A stretch of DNA of 63,029 bases, the filler included, from Octopus bimaculoides (taxonomy: Eukaryota), in NCBI RefSeq assembly GCF_001194135.2. It is 6 parts of 5 records of this genome, joined end to end, with 100 filler letters (N's around TTAATTAATTAA, not from the genome) between each part and the next. Parts side by side here need not be neighbours in the genome. Positions count along the whole stretch, not along the records: positions 1 to 21,301 come from NC_068984.1; 5 more parts are not named here. One strand, 5' to 3'. Positions 1 through 10,512 of the stretch are shown piece after piece. Every line of letters starts with the position of its first letter. Position 1 is the first letter of the stretch. Both the position numbers and the translations under genes were made by a program. The notes beneath the pieces are model-generated. The model saw only the letters and a list, made by a program, of their open reading frames with translations, did not search any database and was not told the DNA's origin.

Positions 1-199
1 TGCACACACACACACACATACATACGCACACACATGTTCTGTTATCACACACACACTCGCAGACTCTCGCGCACGCACAGATATTCATCTCCCTTTTTCA
101 CTCTCCTGTCTTAGAAAGAACTTTTCCCCCCACCACCTCCTCTTCCGGTCTTTTCACAATGTAACCTCGTGGGCATCGGTACCATTTTCCTCTTTCTCC

Positions 200-345
200 G
201 TTCTTCCATTCTCCGAACTTTCCATCTTTCCGACGAAGGGCTACGCCCGAAATGTCATACAATCTCTCTTTCCTTTCCCGAGCGTCCAATAACACTATCC
301 ATATCACGTCCTCACTTTGTTGTTTTTTTGAACGAATATATATAT
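200..345 (+). mobile_element. Penelope-like terminal-repeat remnant with minimal hammerhead motif (226-260)
   Basis: CCGACGA-A-GGGC-TAC-GCCC-GAAA-TGTC at 230-256, followed by a pyrimidine-rich tail ending in (AT)n. The same architecture occurs at 4.9, 5.1 and 32.7 kb. Confidence 0.55.
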
Positions 346-740
346 ATATATACATACATAAACCCTAAAATTCAGGAGGTCTGAAAAGAGAATATAATTA
401 GTGGTTAAATGAATACATTTAACAAGTGGTTAAATAGATATATTCATCTCTTATACTTTCTGACAATTTACTGTTTATATATTCCTTATGAAATAATAAC
501 ATTGACTGGATCTCTTGGATTTGAGCTGCATAGAACTCTTCATTATGCTCCTCTCTATTGGATAACTATGTGGTCTGCTAGCTGGGACCACTAGAGGAGC
601 TTTCTGTGATGGCCACAAGATTCTATGAATCCATATATTGCGCTACAGATTTATACATATGTGTGTGTGTGTGAGTATGTGTAAGTGTGTGTGAATGTGT
701 GAGTGTGTATGTGTGTTATGTGTACATACTGTTTTACTCT

Positions 741-923
741 TTTCACTCTTTTACTTGTTTCAGTCATTTGATTGCGGCCATGCTGGAGCACCACCTTTAG
801 TCGAGCAAATCGACCCCAGGATTTATTCTTTGGAAGCCTAGTACTTATTCTATCGGTCTCTTTTGCCGAACCACTAAGTTACGAGGACGTAAACACACCG
901 GCATCGATTGTCAAGCGATGTTC

Positions 924-969
<46 letters not shown>

Positions 970-1145
970 CATACATATATACGACGGGCTTCTTTCAGTT
1001 TCCGTCAACCAAATCCACTCACAAGGCTTTGGTCGGCCCGAGGCTATAGTAGAAGACACTTGCCCAAGGTGCCACGCAGTGGGATTGAACCCAGAACCAT
1101 GTGGTTGGTAAGCAAGCTACTTACCACACAGCCACTCCCGCGCCT
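741..1145 (-). mobile_element. tRNA-derived SINE, family A (near full length)
   Basis: Reverse complement reads GGCGCGGGAGTGGCTGTGTGGTAAG...GGGTTCAATCCC (A/B-box-like), then an internal microsatellite and the 3' tail ...CTGAAACAAGTAAAAGAG. Near-identical to 15088-15490. Confidence 0.9.
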
Positions 1146-1219
1146 ATAGCTATATATATATAATACATGTTTGATATTTATACACCTGTCTTCATCTTTT
1201 GGTTTTTTGTAAATTCCAA

Positions 1220-1264
<45 letters not shown>

Positions 1265-1863
1265 TAGGTATGGGTGTGTTATTAAAAATTTCACTTCTTA
1301 ATCCCAGGTTTTCAGTTTTGGTCCTTTGGGGAACCACCTGACATAAGAGAGCCTTCTATTATAACCTTAGGCTGACAAATATGTGTAAGTATGCACATTT
1401 GTGTCTGTGTTCACCACACACCCGATGACCACTTGACAACCAGTGTTGGTTTGTTCACATCCCCATAATGTAGCAGTTCAGGTAAAGAGACTGATAGAAT
1501 AAGCAGATGACTTCAAAAAACAAAAATAACAAAAAAAAAAACGTAAGTACTGGGATCAATTTGCTCAACAAAGAAAACCCTTCAAAACAGTACTGATTAG
1601 TTAATTGGTTAAATGATTGAAACAAGTTGAGGATAAAGGCTAACTTCTGAGAGAGAGATGAAACTGGAAAAACGAGTTTGTTGTTGGTTGATAAAACTGG
1701 GTTATTGGGTAGACAGACCATTCATATGTTTGGGGTCCATGGGAAATTTCATTTAAATAAAAGGGTCCATTTGTAGTGAGAAGGCTGGAAACCACAGTCA
1801 TAAAGACTCCTTTGTTGGTTCCATAACGAGTTGCTGTTTACAATTGTCTAACATTGAATAAAT

Positions 1864-2005
1864 TTCTTATCAGCTCAATATCTGATCTGATCTCTTTTCG
1901 GGCCATCAATATTAAACTGATTTTTAAAACAAAGCAAATAGTTAGGCTTGTTCTGCCATTGTTACAGGTTAGCCTGGTATTGCAGGACTTCTAGGATCCA
2001 ACCCC
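1864..2005 (+). pseudogene. U2 snRNA fragment (about nt 43 to 3' end), degenerate
   Basis: TTCTTATCAG..AATATCTGAT, ATATTAAA.TGATTTTT, GCTTG.TC, CCTGGTATTGCAG.AC.TC.AGGA occur in U2 order. The 5' ~42 nt are absent and the Sm site reads ATTTTTA. Confidence 0.85.
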
Positions 2006-2017
2006 TATTCTTGAAAT

Positions 2018-2180
2018 AGGTGTAGACATGGTTGTGTGGCTAAGAAGCTTGCTTTACAAACATATGGCTTCAGGTTCAGTCCAACTGTGCAGCACCTCAG
2101 GCAAGAATCTCTTATGATAACCCTAAGTCAACCAACGGCTTGTGAGTAAACTTGGAGGACGGAAACTGTGTGAAGATTGT
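2018..2180 (+). mobile_element. SINE family A, 5' part
   Basis: GGTGTAGACATGGTTGTGTGG...GGTTCAGTCCAACTG...GGACGGAAACTG is a diverged match to 15088-15245. Confidence 0.75.
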
Positions 2181-2215
2181 CATACACACACACACACACA
2201 CACACACACAATCTA

Positions 2216-2341
2216 CAGGGTGTCCACAAAGTCTGGGTACATGGGATTAACACATACTTTAAGAAATTATTATTTCTCATATTTAATTGTTTATGTTATG
2301 ATATTATTTAGTCCATGTACCCAGACTTTGTGGACACCCTG
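2216..2341. mobile_element. Tc1/mariner-type MITE (126 bp)
   Basis: Perfect 29-bp TIRs CAGGGTGTCCACAAAGTCTGGGTACATGG (2216-2244 and 2313-2341), flanked by TA on both sides. Confidence 0.9.
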
Positions 2342-3140
2342 TATATATGAATGTATGGAAATAATGTGTAGAATCTTATATTAGCAGCACCATTATCATT
2401 CACAAACAGCAAATTCACATATAAGATTTTAAAAAACATTCACACAAATGCTTCTTCAGCTTGAAACAATTTAGAGAAATGTGATAGATAGGGTATCCTG
2501 ATCACCATCAAAAGTATAGAACAGAATATTGGCAATTTGAAGCATAAAGAGGTTAGACAGACAAACCTGGAGCAGAGAAGGCATGCCACTTATGAAGTTG
2601 TAGATGATAACAAAAAGACATTGTGAAATCAAGCTGATTGATTGATCGACTGAATGATCAAACAATTGATTAGTTAATTGGTTAAATGGTTAACCGATTG
2701 ATTAATGAGAGTAAAAGAGGTGAAAAGGTTGTTCTTCTTAACCGAAGCAAAAAAAAATCCGATCATCAACAAATGACAAGAGTTGCACAACACTAATTGA
2801 CTAATTATAACACTATCGATCTTCACATGTCACATCTCCATATAGCTGTGTAGATTAGAGCAAGGTTCAGTCTCTGTTTTGTCTTGACAAATAGAAATAT
2901 TACAAATATTAGGTGAGGAAAAGTGTCAATTTTTTTCTCACTTGATTTGTGTTTCAGAAGTTTGCTTCACAACTACATGGTTTCATGTCCATCCATACTG
3001 TTCAGCATCTTTGATAGGTAACTTCTGCCAAAGCCATGGGATGCCCAAAGCCGTGTGATTGCATTTGGTCAATGGAAACTGGAAGAATCCCATTTGTGTG
3101 TGAATGTGCATGCGTGTATGTGTGCGTGCATGCGTGTATG

Positions 3141-3335
3141 TTTTGGCTGATATACCCTCCAGCCTTCTTCAGGTGTCTTGGGAATACCTTAGGAATGAGA
3201 ACCCAGGTTCGAAATTTCCTCAAGACACCAGATGAAGGCTGGAGGGTATATCAGCCGAAATGTTGTGTTAACAACAAACAAGATGAGGACAAATATCCGT
3301 CAAATGTAAATAATGTACATAATTCCTCATCTCAA
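3141..3335 (+). mobile_element. Palindromic non-autonomous element carrying two inverted hammerhead motifs (Penelope-like)
   Basis: Arms 3141-3186 and 3214-3260 are inverted repeats. The plus arm folds as GACAC-CAGATGA-A-GGCTG-loop-CAGCC-GAAA-TGTT-GTGTT. Its tail recurs in reverse at about 12530-12606 and its spacer recurs at about 15930-15975. Confidence 0.7.
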
Positions 3336-3360
3336 AAATATAGAACTGCAATGGAAGGAT

Positions 3361-3447
3361 GATGTTGCAGAAAGATGTGTCAAACTCATTCAGGATTACA
3401 AGAACATTCTCACAAAAGATGAAACTGAGAAACAATTTGTTTTACAC
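3361..3447 (+). mobile_element. DNA-transposase-like C-terminal fragment
   Basis: Translates as DVAERCVKLIQDYKNILTKDETEKQFVLH, resembling the ND.AERGVKL...LT.DE..KQ..LQ motif I recall from invertebrate transposase-like proteins. Confidence 0.4.
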
Positions 3448-3715
3448 CCCCTGTTGTTTTGTTTATTGGAATAGGATTAGGGGATAGGAGCAGCAAAATT
3501 GTAACTTTCGAAAGATTACCTATTGCTAAGGGCCACTCTAATATATATGTATATAACTCATCAAATATTTTGCTTTGATAGTGAAATTTTCCTAATGTAA
3601 ATTTTCCTCAGTTCAGTTTTCAACCTTTATTCTTACTTATTCTCTTTTAAATGTGATCTCTTCTGGCTTTGACATATATGTATATATGTATGTATATATG
3701 TGTATATATGTGTGA

Positions 3716-3747
<32 letters not shown>

Positions 3748-3829
3748 CTCTCTCTCTCTCTCTCTCTTGCTGTCTTAGCATTACATGATAACTGTAAACG
3801 ATTGCCATCGACTTTCTGATATTCTACAA

Positions 3830-4063
3830 GGTTAAGTCTGACCATGGGGAAATGTCACCTGGCTTGGAAGCAGGTAAGGGTTGGTGACAGAAAAAGCACC
3901 TAGCTGTACAAAATCGGATTCAATCAAATCTGTCCAACCCATGCAAGCAGAGAAAAGTGGATGGTAAATTAATGATGATGAAAATAATGTTGATGATGAT
4001 AGTTCAAAGCAAGTCAGAGTAGAAAGCAGACATTAAATGATGATGATGATGATGATGATGATG
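3830..4063 (+). mobile_element. SINE-like 3' module with (TGA)n tail
   Basis: GGGTTGGTGACAGAAAAAGCACCTAGCTGTA...CCAACCCATGCAAGCA.AGAAAAGTGGA followed by (TGA)n. Related to 17750-18015. Confidence 0.55.
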
Positions 4064-4671
4064 ATATGTACGATGTATATACGTTGTAGCTTACGTAGAA
4101 TAAGTATTAAAATATTCAATGTGCACACAGTATGTAGTGTGCTATGTACACGTGTTTATAGGTAACTATGTGTTTAATTACATACCTTAGTTTTCGCTGG
4201 TATGTGTACAAACACAGTCACCTACAAGCAGACACACTCACATACCACATACTCATATACGTGGGGGGGGGCTCCCTATATATATGTCTATAAGGGAGAC
4301 ACACACACACACATAGACAGAGAGAGAGAGAGAGAAAGAATGACTGATTATTGATAATGACATAGGTACATAGATGCAAATATATGCATACATACACATA
4401 CATATACAAACGTGTCCCAGTTTCAAAATATTATCAGTGAAGTTTTTCTTTCTTTTTCTCAGGTAACAACAACAGCAACAACAAAAACAACAACAAAGAC
4501 AATTTTTTGTTTGTTTTTTTTTTGTTTGCTTTCTTTTTTTGTTTGCTTTCTGTTTTTGTTTTCTTTTTGCACAGTATTGCAACCTACTGACACACATGTG
4601 TAATTTATTCAAGGGATTGCTACTTAGATACTTAAAAAACATCCATCATTTTAATTTGTGTTTCTTTTTTT

Positions 4672-4830
4672 TGTGGCTGTATGGTTAGGCTTCCCAACCA
4701 CATGGACTTCAGTTCAATCGACTGCATGGCACCTTTGGGCAAGTGTCTTCTACTATAAGCCTTATGCTAATCAAAGCCTTGGGAGTGGATTTGGTAGAGA
4801 CAGACGCTGAAAGAAGCCTGGTGATATATA
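4672..4830 (+). mobile_element. SINE family A, 5' part
   Basis: GTGGCTGTATGGTT...GGGCAAGTGTCTTCTACTATA...GAGTGGATTTGGTAGA. Confidence 0.75.
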
Positions 4831-4839
4831 TATATATAT

Positions 4840-4995
4840 AGGGAGAATTCACAAAAAAAAAGAGCAGATGAAGACAGGTGGTGTAGAAAACAAACAGATG
4901 TATTAGTATAATGCTCGGGAATTGAAAAAGTCTTTAACGTTTCGAGCCTACGCTCTTCCACAGAAAGGAACACAGAAAGAAACAAGGAGAAAAAC
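4840..4995 (-). mobile_element. Penelope-like terminal-repeat remnant with hammerhead-like motif (4932-4967)
   Basis: Minus strand reads CTTT-CTGTGGA-A-GAGC-GTAG-GCTC-GAAA-CGTT-AAAG. Its tail ACACCACCTGTCTTCATC matches the plus-strand copy at about 1165-1230. Confidence 0.6.
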
Positions 4996-5006
4996 AAGGA
5001 GAGAAG

Positions 5007-5043
<37 letters not shown>

Positions 5044-5079
5044 CATCAATCTAACTACACACATGCTGTTGGCAATTTC

Positions 5080-5235
5080 CTCTCCTTCTTAGGACTTTTC
5101 CTCTCCTTCTTAGGACTTTTCCCTTTCTCCTTTCCAACAAAGAGCTATGCTTGAAACGTCAAGCTCTCTTTCTTCACTGAGCATCAAGATAATACATTCC
5201 TTGTGCACATCCTCTTGTTGTCTGTTAATTTTTAA
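5080..5235 (+). mobile_element. Penelope-like terminal-repeat remnant with decayed hammerhead motif (5131-5163)
   Basis: TTT-CCAACAA-A-GAGC-TAT-GCTT-GAAA-CGTC-AAG. The core equals CCGACGA after two CpG>CpA changes. Confidence 0.55.
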
Positions 5236-5324
5236 AATTTTATTATTCAATTTTTTGAATTGATTGTTTATTTAAATTGATTATTTTAATTGATTATATA
5301 TATATATAATCATACCATCAAATC

Positions 5325-5640
5325 ATATCTTAAAAAATTTCCCTCAAACCACACCCTTGAAAACTTTCTGCAAATCACACCCTTAAAATATCTCACAAAT
5401 CACAGCCTTAAAAATGACCCTCAAATCACATCATAAAGCATTGCCCTGAATCACTCCGTTAAAAATTGTCTTCAAATCACACCATTAAAAATTGCCCTTA
5501 AAAATTGCCCTCAAATCTCACCTTGTTTCTCTCAAATCATACCCTTAACAATTCCCTGCAAATCATACCCTTAAAAATCTTCCTTAAATCATGCCTTAAA
5601 AATTTCCCTGAAATCACAACCCCCACAAAATTTTCCTCCT
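5325..5640 (+). repeat. Degenerate minisatellite, about 28-bp unit (AAAAATTGCCCTCAAATCACACCCTT-like)
   Basis: About 10 imperfect tandem copies of ...CAAATCACACCCTTAAAA.... Confidence 0.8.
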
Positions 5641-6169
5641 TAAGTCAACTTGCCATAAAAGAAAGAAAAGATAAGTATGAAAAAATTGAAAGGATAGGAT
5701 TTAAAATCCATTGATCAAATGTTTGCTCATTTTGAGATGACCCAGGGCTCAATATTAATACCAAAACCTATTCCTTCCAGTTCAATCCGGATGAACATAA
5801 AACAAAACATGCATACAATAGCTGCCACATTATTAACGTCTTCATAAGTGCCAAACTCGGTGTTGGCATGTGAACACATTACGAATGCTGGAATGTACAC
5901 TTACACACACACATTACCTAATGGTAGTTGAAGAGTAGAAACAATAATAAATTTGATGTTCTGACTGGGTTATTTTGTCTGCCTTTAACACGGCCACAAT
6001 CAAAACTTACAAGGTAGAGACAAAAGTAGGAAATGCCGGAGAAGAAAAACCAACAAACTCAGACTGACCCCTTACATTTTTGTTGATAAACCACAACATA
6101 TTACAAATATTGATTTCATCACATACAAAAAAAAAGGAGTACAAAGTCAACAGGATCTTCTTATCAGGG

Positions 6170-6300
6170 AGCTTGAGGTTATGTGGTTGAAAAGCTTGCT
6201 TCCCAACTACATGGTTATTTCTTCAGTCCTACTGAGTGGTTCATTGGGCAAGTGTTTTCTACTATAAGCTCCAGGTCAACCAAAGCCTTGAGTATATCAG
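6170..6300 (+). mobile_element. SINE family A, 5' part
   Basis: GTGGTTGAAAAGCTTGCTTCCCAACTACATGG...GGGCAAGTGTTTTCTACTATA...ACCAAAGCCTTGAGT. Confidence 0.7.
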
Positions 6301-7539
6301 GTTGTGTGTGTGTGTGTGCGTGTGTGTGTCTGTATTGCTCAATATATATATATATATATTTACATAAATAAAGGTTACAAACATCACTAAAGAATAGCAA
6401 AATCCTATGAAAGTACAGGTTAGTTACCTATACAAAGAATGTTGAACATTACTGTTAATACTCAACTGCAAAAAATATAAAAAGTATAAAACATAAGGGA
6501 AAAAAATATATATATNNNNNNNNNNNNNNNNNNNNNNNNNNNNNNNNNNNNNNNNNNNNNNNNNNNNNNNNNNNNNNNNNNNNNNNNNNNNNNNNNNNNN
6601 NNNNNNNNNNNNNNNNNNNNNNNNNNNNNNNNNNNNNNNNNNNNNNNNNNNNNNNNNNNNNNNNNNNNNNNNNNNNNNNNNNNNNNNNNNNNNNNNNNNN
6701 NNNNNNNNNNNNNNNNNNNNNNNNNNNNNNNNNNNNNNNNNNNNNNNNNNNNNNNNNNNNNNNNNNNNNNNNNNNNNNNNNNNNNNNNNNNNNNNNNNNN
6801 NNNNNNNNNNNNNNNNNNNNNNNNNNNNNNNNNNNNNNNNNNNNNNNNNNNNNNNNNNNNNNNNNNNNNNNNNNNNNNNNNNNNNNNNNNNNNNNNNNNN
6901 NNNNNNNNNNNNNNNNNNNNNNNNNNNNNNNNNNNNNNNNNNNNNNNNNNNNNNNNNNNNNNNNNNNNNNNNNNNNNNNNNNNNNNNNNNNNNNNNNNNN
7001 NNNNNNNNNNNNNNNNNNNNNNNNNNNNNNNNNNNNNNNNNNNNNNNNNNNNNNNNNNNNNNNNNNNNNNNNNNNNNNNNNNNNNNNNNNNNNNNNNNNN
7101 NNNNNNNNNNNNNNNNNNNNNNNNNNNNNNNNNNNNNNNNNNNNNNNNNNNNNNNNNNNNNNNNNNNNNNNNNNNNNNNNNNNNNNNNNNNNNNNNNNNN
7201 NNNNNNNNNNNNNNNNNNNNNNNNNNNNNNNNNNNNNNNNNNNNNNNNNNNNNNNNNNNNNNNNNNNNNNNNNNNNNNNNNNNNNNNNNNNNNNNNNNNN
7301 NNNNNNNNNNNNNNNNNNNNNNNNNNNNNNNNNNNNNNNNNNNNNNNNNNNNNNNNNNNNNNNNNNNNNNNNNNNNNNNNNNNNNNNNNNNNNNNNNNNN
7401 NNNNNNNNNNNNNNNNNNNNNNNNNNNNNNNNNNNNNNNNNNNNNNNNGGGGGGGGGGGGCAAACACGCACACACATGTGCATACACACACATGCATGTG
7501 CACACACATACATGCATGTACATACACACACACACACAT

Positions 7540-7695
7540 ATGTGATGAGCTTCCACACAGTTTCCATCAGCCAAATTTTGTAAGGCATTGGTTAGCCAAG
7601 GCTATAGTAGAAGAAACTAGCTCAAGGTGCTGTGCAGTGGGACTGAACCCAAGACCATGTGATTACAAAGCGAGCTATTCCTAACCACATTTATG
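7540..7695 (-). mobile_element. SINE family A, 5' part
   Basis: Plus strand GGCTATAGTAGAAGA...CAGTGGGACTGAACCC.AGACCATGTG is the reverse complement of the family head. Confidence 0.75.
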
Positions 7696-7929
7696 TGATT
7701 TTTGTTTTATCAAATTTTGATGGACTGAGTTTGATAGTGCTGCAAATTCATCCACCTGGATGATTTTTGAGAAACCAGTTGTTTTCTCTGTTGGATTTAG
7801 AGAACCCTAAACTATTGTTTGTTTGAATGACCCAAAAGCCATTCAAAATTTTGAGTAACTGAAAAACGAAAAAGGCAGTGGTGATTTTTTTTTATAGGAT
7901 CATACAAACAGAATCATATTTTTTTAAAT

Positions 7930-8230
7930 TACATCATCATCATCATCGTCGTTTAACGTCCGCTTTCCAATCTGATTTAGCAGAGTTTCTACAGCTGGAT
8001 GCCCTTCCTAACGCCAACCACTCCGAGAGTGTAGTGGGTGCTTTTACATGCCACCGGCACGAGGGCCAGTCAGGCGGTACTGGCAACAGCCACGCTCAAA
8101 ATGGTGTATTTTACGTTCCACCTGCACAGGAACCAGTCCATCAGCACTGGCAACGATCTCGCTCAAATGTCTTTTCACATGCCAGGGAGGCGACGTTGGT
8201 AACGATCAACGGCCATGCTCAAAATGGTAA
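7930..8230 (-). mobile_element. SINE-like 3' module with (TGA)n tail
   Basis: (CAT)n-CGTTTAACGTCCGCTTTCCA...CTGGATGCCCTTCCTAACGCCAACC is the reverse complement of the module at 17750-18015. Confidence 0.75.
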
Positions 8231-8665
8231 ATATTCTGACATTCATTCACTTTTTGGGGGACATTAGCTGCCTAAATAAAGAGAAATGGTTAAAAGGAGC
8301 TCTATTTTCCACCACAATTATTTTGATAATTGATAAATAAGTAAAATTTTCAATTATCTGCATTTTCTGTAAAACCTTAGATTTCAGACCTTATCAAAAT
8401 TGTTTGTGTATTTGTCTGTGACACTACATTTCAATGGCTTTGATCTCTAATCATCTTCAGCTGTTCTATATCTACGTACCCCTAGGAAATGCATGTTTAT
8501 AAATGTAGGGTATCTAAAGATAATGATTAAGTGAACTGACTGATCAATGTGTAAGTGTAGTAGACAAATACACAGAAGATAAGAATTTTACTAATTAAAT
8601 ATTGTCAACTTTTATGATTACCAACTGCGATTATAAACTGGAAAACTCCAAGAATTGAAAAGCCT

Positions 8666-8835
8666 AACCCTTTAGCATCCAGATTACTCTGTCAAATGTA
8701 ATACTTATACTTATTCACATTGTTTTATATTAATCATGCATTACCTTGTAGCTTGGAGATTTGGCTGATGTGGCTGCTTATTTTTAAAATGACATTGTAG
8801 GGTAGATGTGAGAGACCAGATCTGGCTGATTTAGG
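8666..8835. mobile_element. Truncated piggyBac-like MITE
   Basis: Begins (C)TAACCCTTTAGCATCCAGATTACTCTG, a TTAA-CCC type end. No right end was found. Confidence 0.45.
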
Positions 8836-8985
8836 TATAAGAGGGAAAAAAGTCGCCAGAAAGCTTTTACAAAGAATCGAACCCTGTACTTCTCAAATTC
8901 CATCTTCTAAAGGGTATTTACCCAATTTTCTAAGCTATCTTCACAGCCATCCTGCATTTGAGAATTCCTTTATTTTCTGTAAAAT

Positions 8986-9061
<76 letters not shown>

Positions 9062-9656
9062 TCACATACAATTGATGGGCTTCTTACAGTTTTTGTCTGA
9101 CAAATCCACTTACAAGGCTTTGGTCAGTAAAAGATACTTGTCCAAGATGATATGCAATAGGACTGATCTCAAAACCACACAACTATGCCTGCTTCTGTAT
9201 ATCTGCATATGTAACATATTGAGTTGAAAAAAAAATGATTATCTAAGACACTTCTTTTTACAGTTCTTTGAAGCACAATGGTTATATGAGTTTCCCATTT
9301 CTTTACACAGTTCTTTGCATTTTATTGAACTCAGAAAGGTCTCTTGAGCTGCAGGGGTTGGGTAGTAGAGGGAGTGATTCTCCACATTTGCAGGTTGTTT
9401 CAGTCTTGTAATCCCTCATCTGACCAAAGCAATTTTTGCTCCATTCTTGTTTTCAAGTCTGCAAAAAAGAATCTCTTCAGCCAATGGTCAGTCGAGGGTC
9501 AACCAATGCAGTTAGCAGATTACTGCCAGTTGTCAGAACAGGTGATTCGTCAACTCACTTTAGCTACTTGACAACGCTATGGAGTTCTGGAATCTCATAG
9601 TATCACCTGTTGAAGTTAGATGGCCAGTAGTGGTGGTAGTGGTGGTGGTGGTGGTG

Positions 9657-9704
<48 letters not shown>

Positions 9705-9897
9705 CATGGGTAATCTCAATCAATTGAAGTCTTCTGGATCACATTACCCAAAGTATCTTTTTTCTAAGACAAGGGAAGTTTGAATTTAGGGAGATTCGGC
9801 TACTATTTCTAGAATGAGGGAGTCTCTACATGGTCACATAGAGATTCCTTCATTATCTTGCTGAATTTAGAAGTCAATGATGTTCGTCTGTAAGAGG

Positions 9898-10120
9898 TTA
9901 AGGATGAGTGAATAGTGATGTAATTTGTGGATTAATGTACAGCAGGAAGAATAGTGGGGACAGGGCAGAACTTTGAGGTACACCAGAGTTGATGAAACAT
10001 ACAAGAGAGAACCCAAACATATATTTTAATGGTGTGATCTTATAGAAATCATTTAATATAAGAGATGAAACCTTGAAGCTTAGGGAAATCTTGTACCAGA
10101 CGTAGTCAAAGGCTTTCAGA
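9898..10120 (-). mobile_element. Non-LTR retrotransposon RT fragment (CR1/L2/Jockey-like)
   Basis: ORF track gives LKAFDYVWY...NSGVPQSSALSPLFFLLYIN, matching RT motifs KAFD.V and GVPQGS.LSP.LF.LYIN. Confidence 0.75.
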
Positions 10121-10290
10121 TATATCATGTGTAACCTATCATTCATCAGAAGCCTTGCTTGTTTAGGATTGGCCTGGGGTTAAATAACAACAACATGAGT
10201 TTCAAGTTAAGATAAATAAAATAATTTTGTTGTAAGTATTAATGCTAGATTTTGGACCAGTTCTGTTGCCCTTAAACTTTGCAGCTTTAA

Positions 10291-10512
10291 CCCTTTCGTT
10301 ACTGTTTTTATTTTGAGATGTTCTGTGTTTCTTTCAATTAATTTTAAATATAACAAAGAATTTAGTAAAATAACTCAGTTATCATTAAGCTAGTGTTAGG
10401 AACATAAATTGTGACTAAGATTTGGTGGTAGATTTTAATTCAAAACTTATGTAAACAAGACATTTGTACTCAGAGCTAGAGCCGGTTTCAGCCGGGCTGG
10501 AAATGAAAAGGG
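10291..10512. mobile_element. piggyBac-like MITE (222 bp)
   Basis: TTAA|CCCTTTCGTTAC ... GAAATGAAAAGGG|TTAA: imperfect TIRs with CCC/GGG ends and TTAA at 10287-10290 and 10513-10516. Confidence 0.75.
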
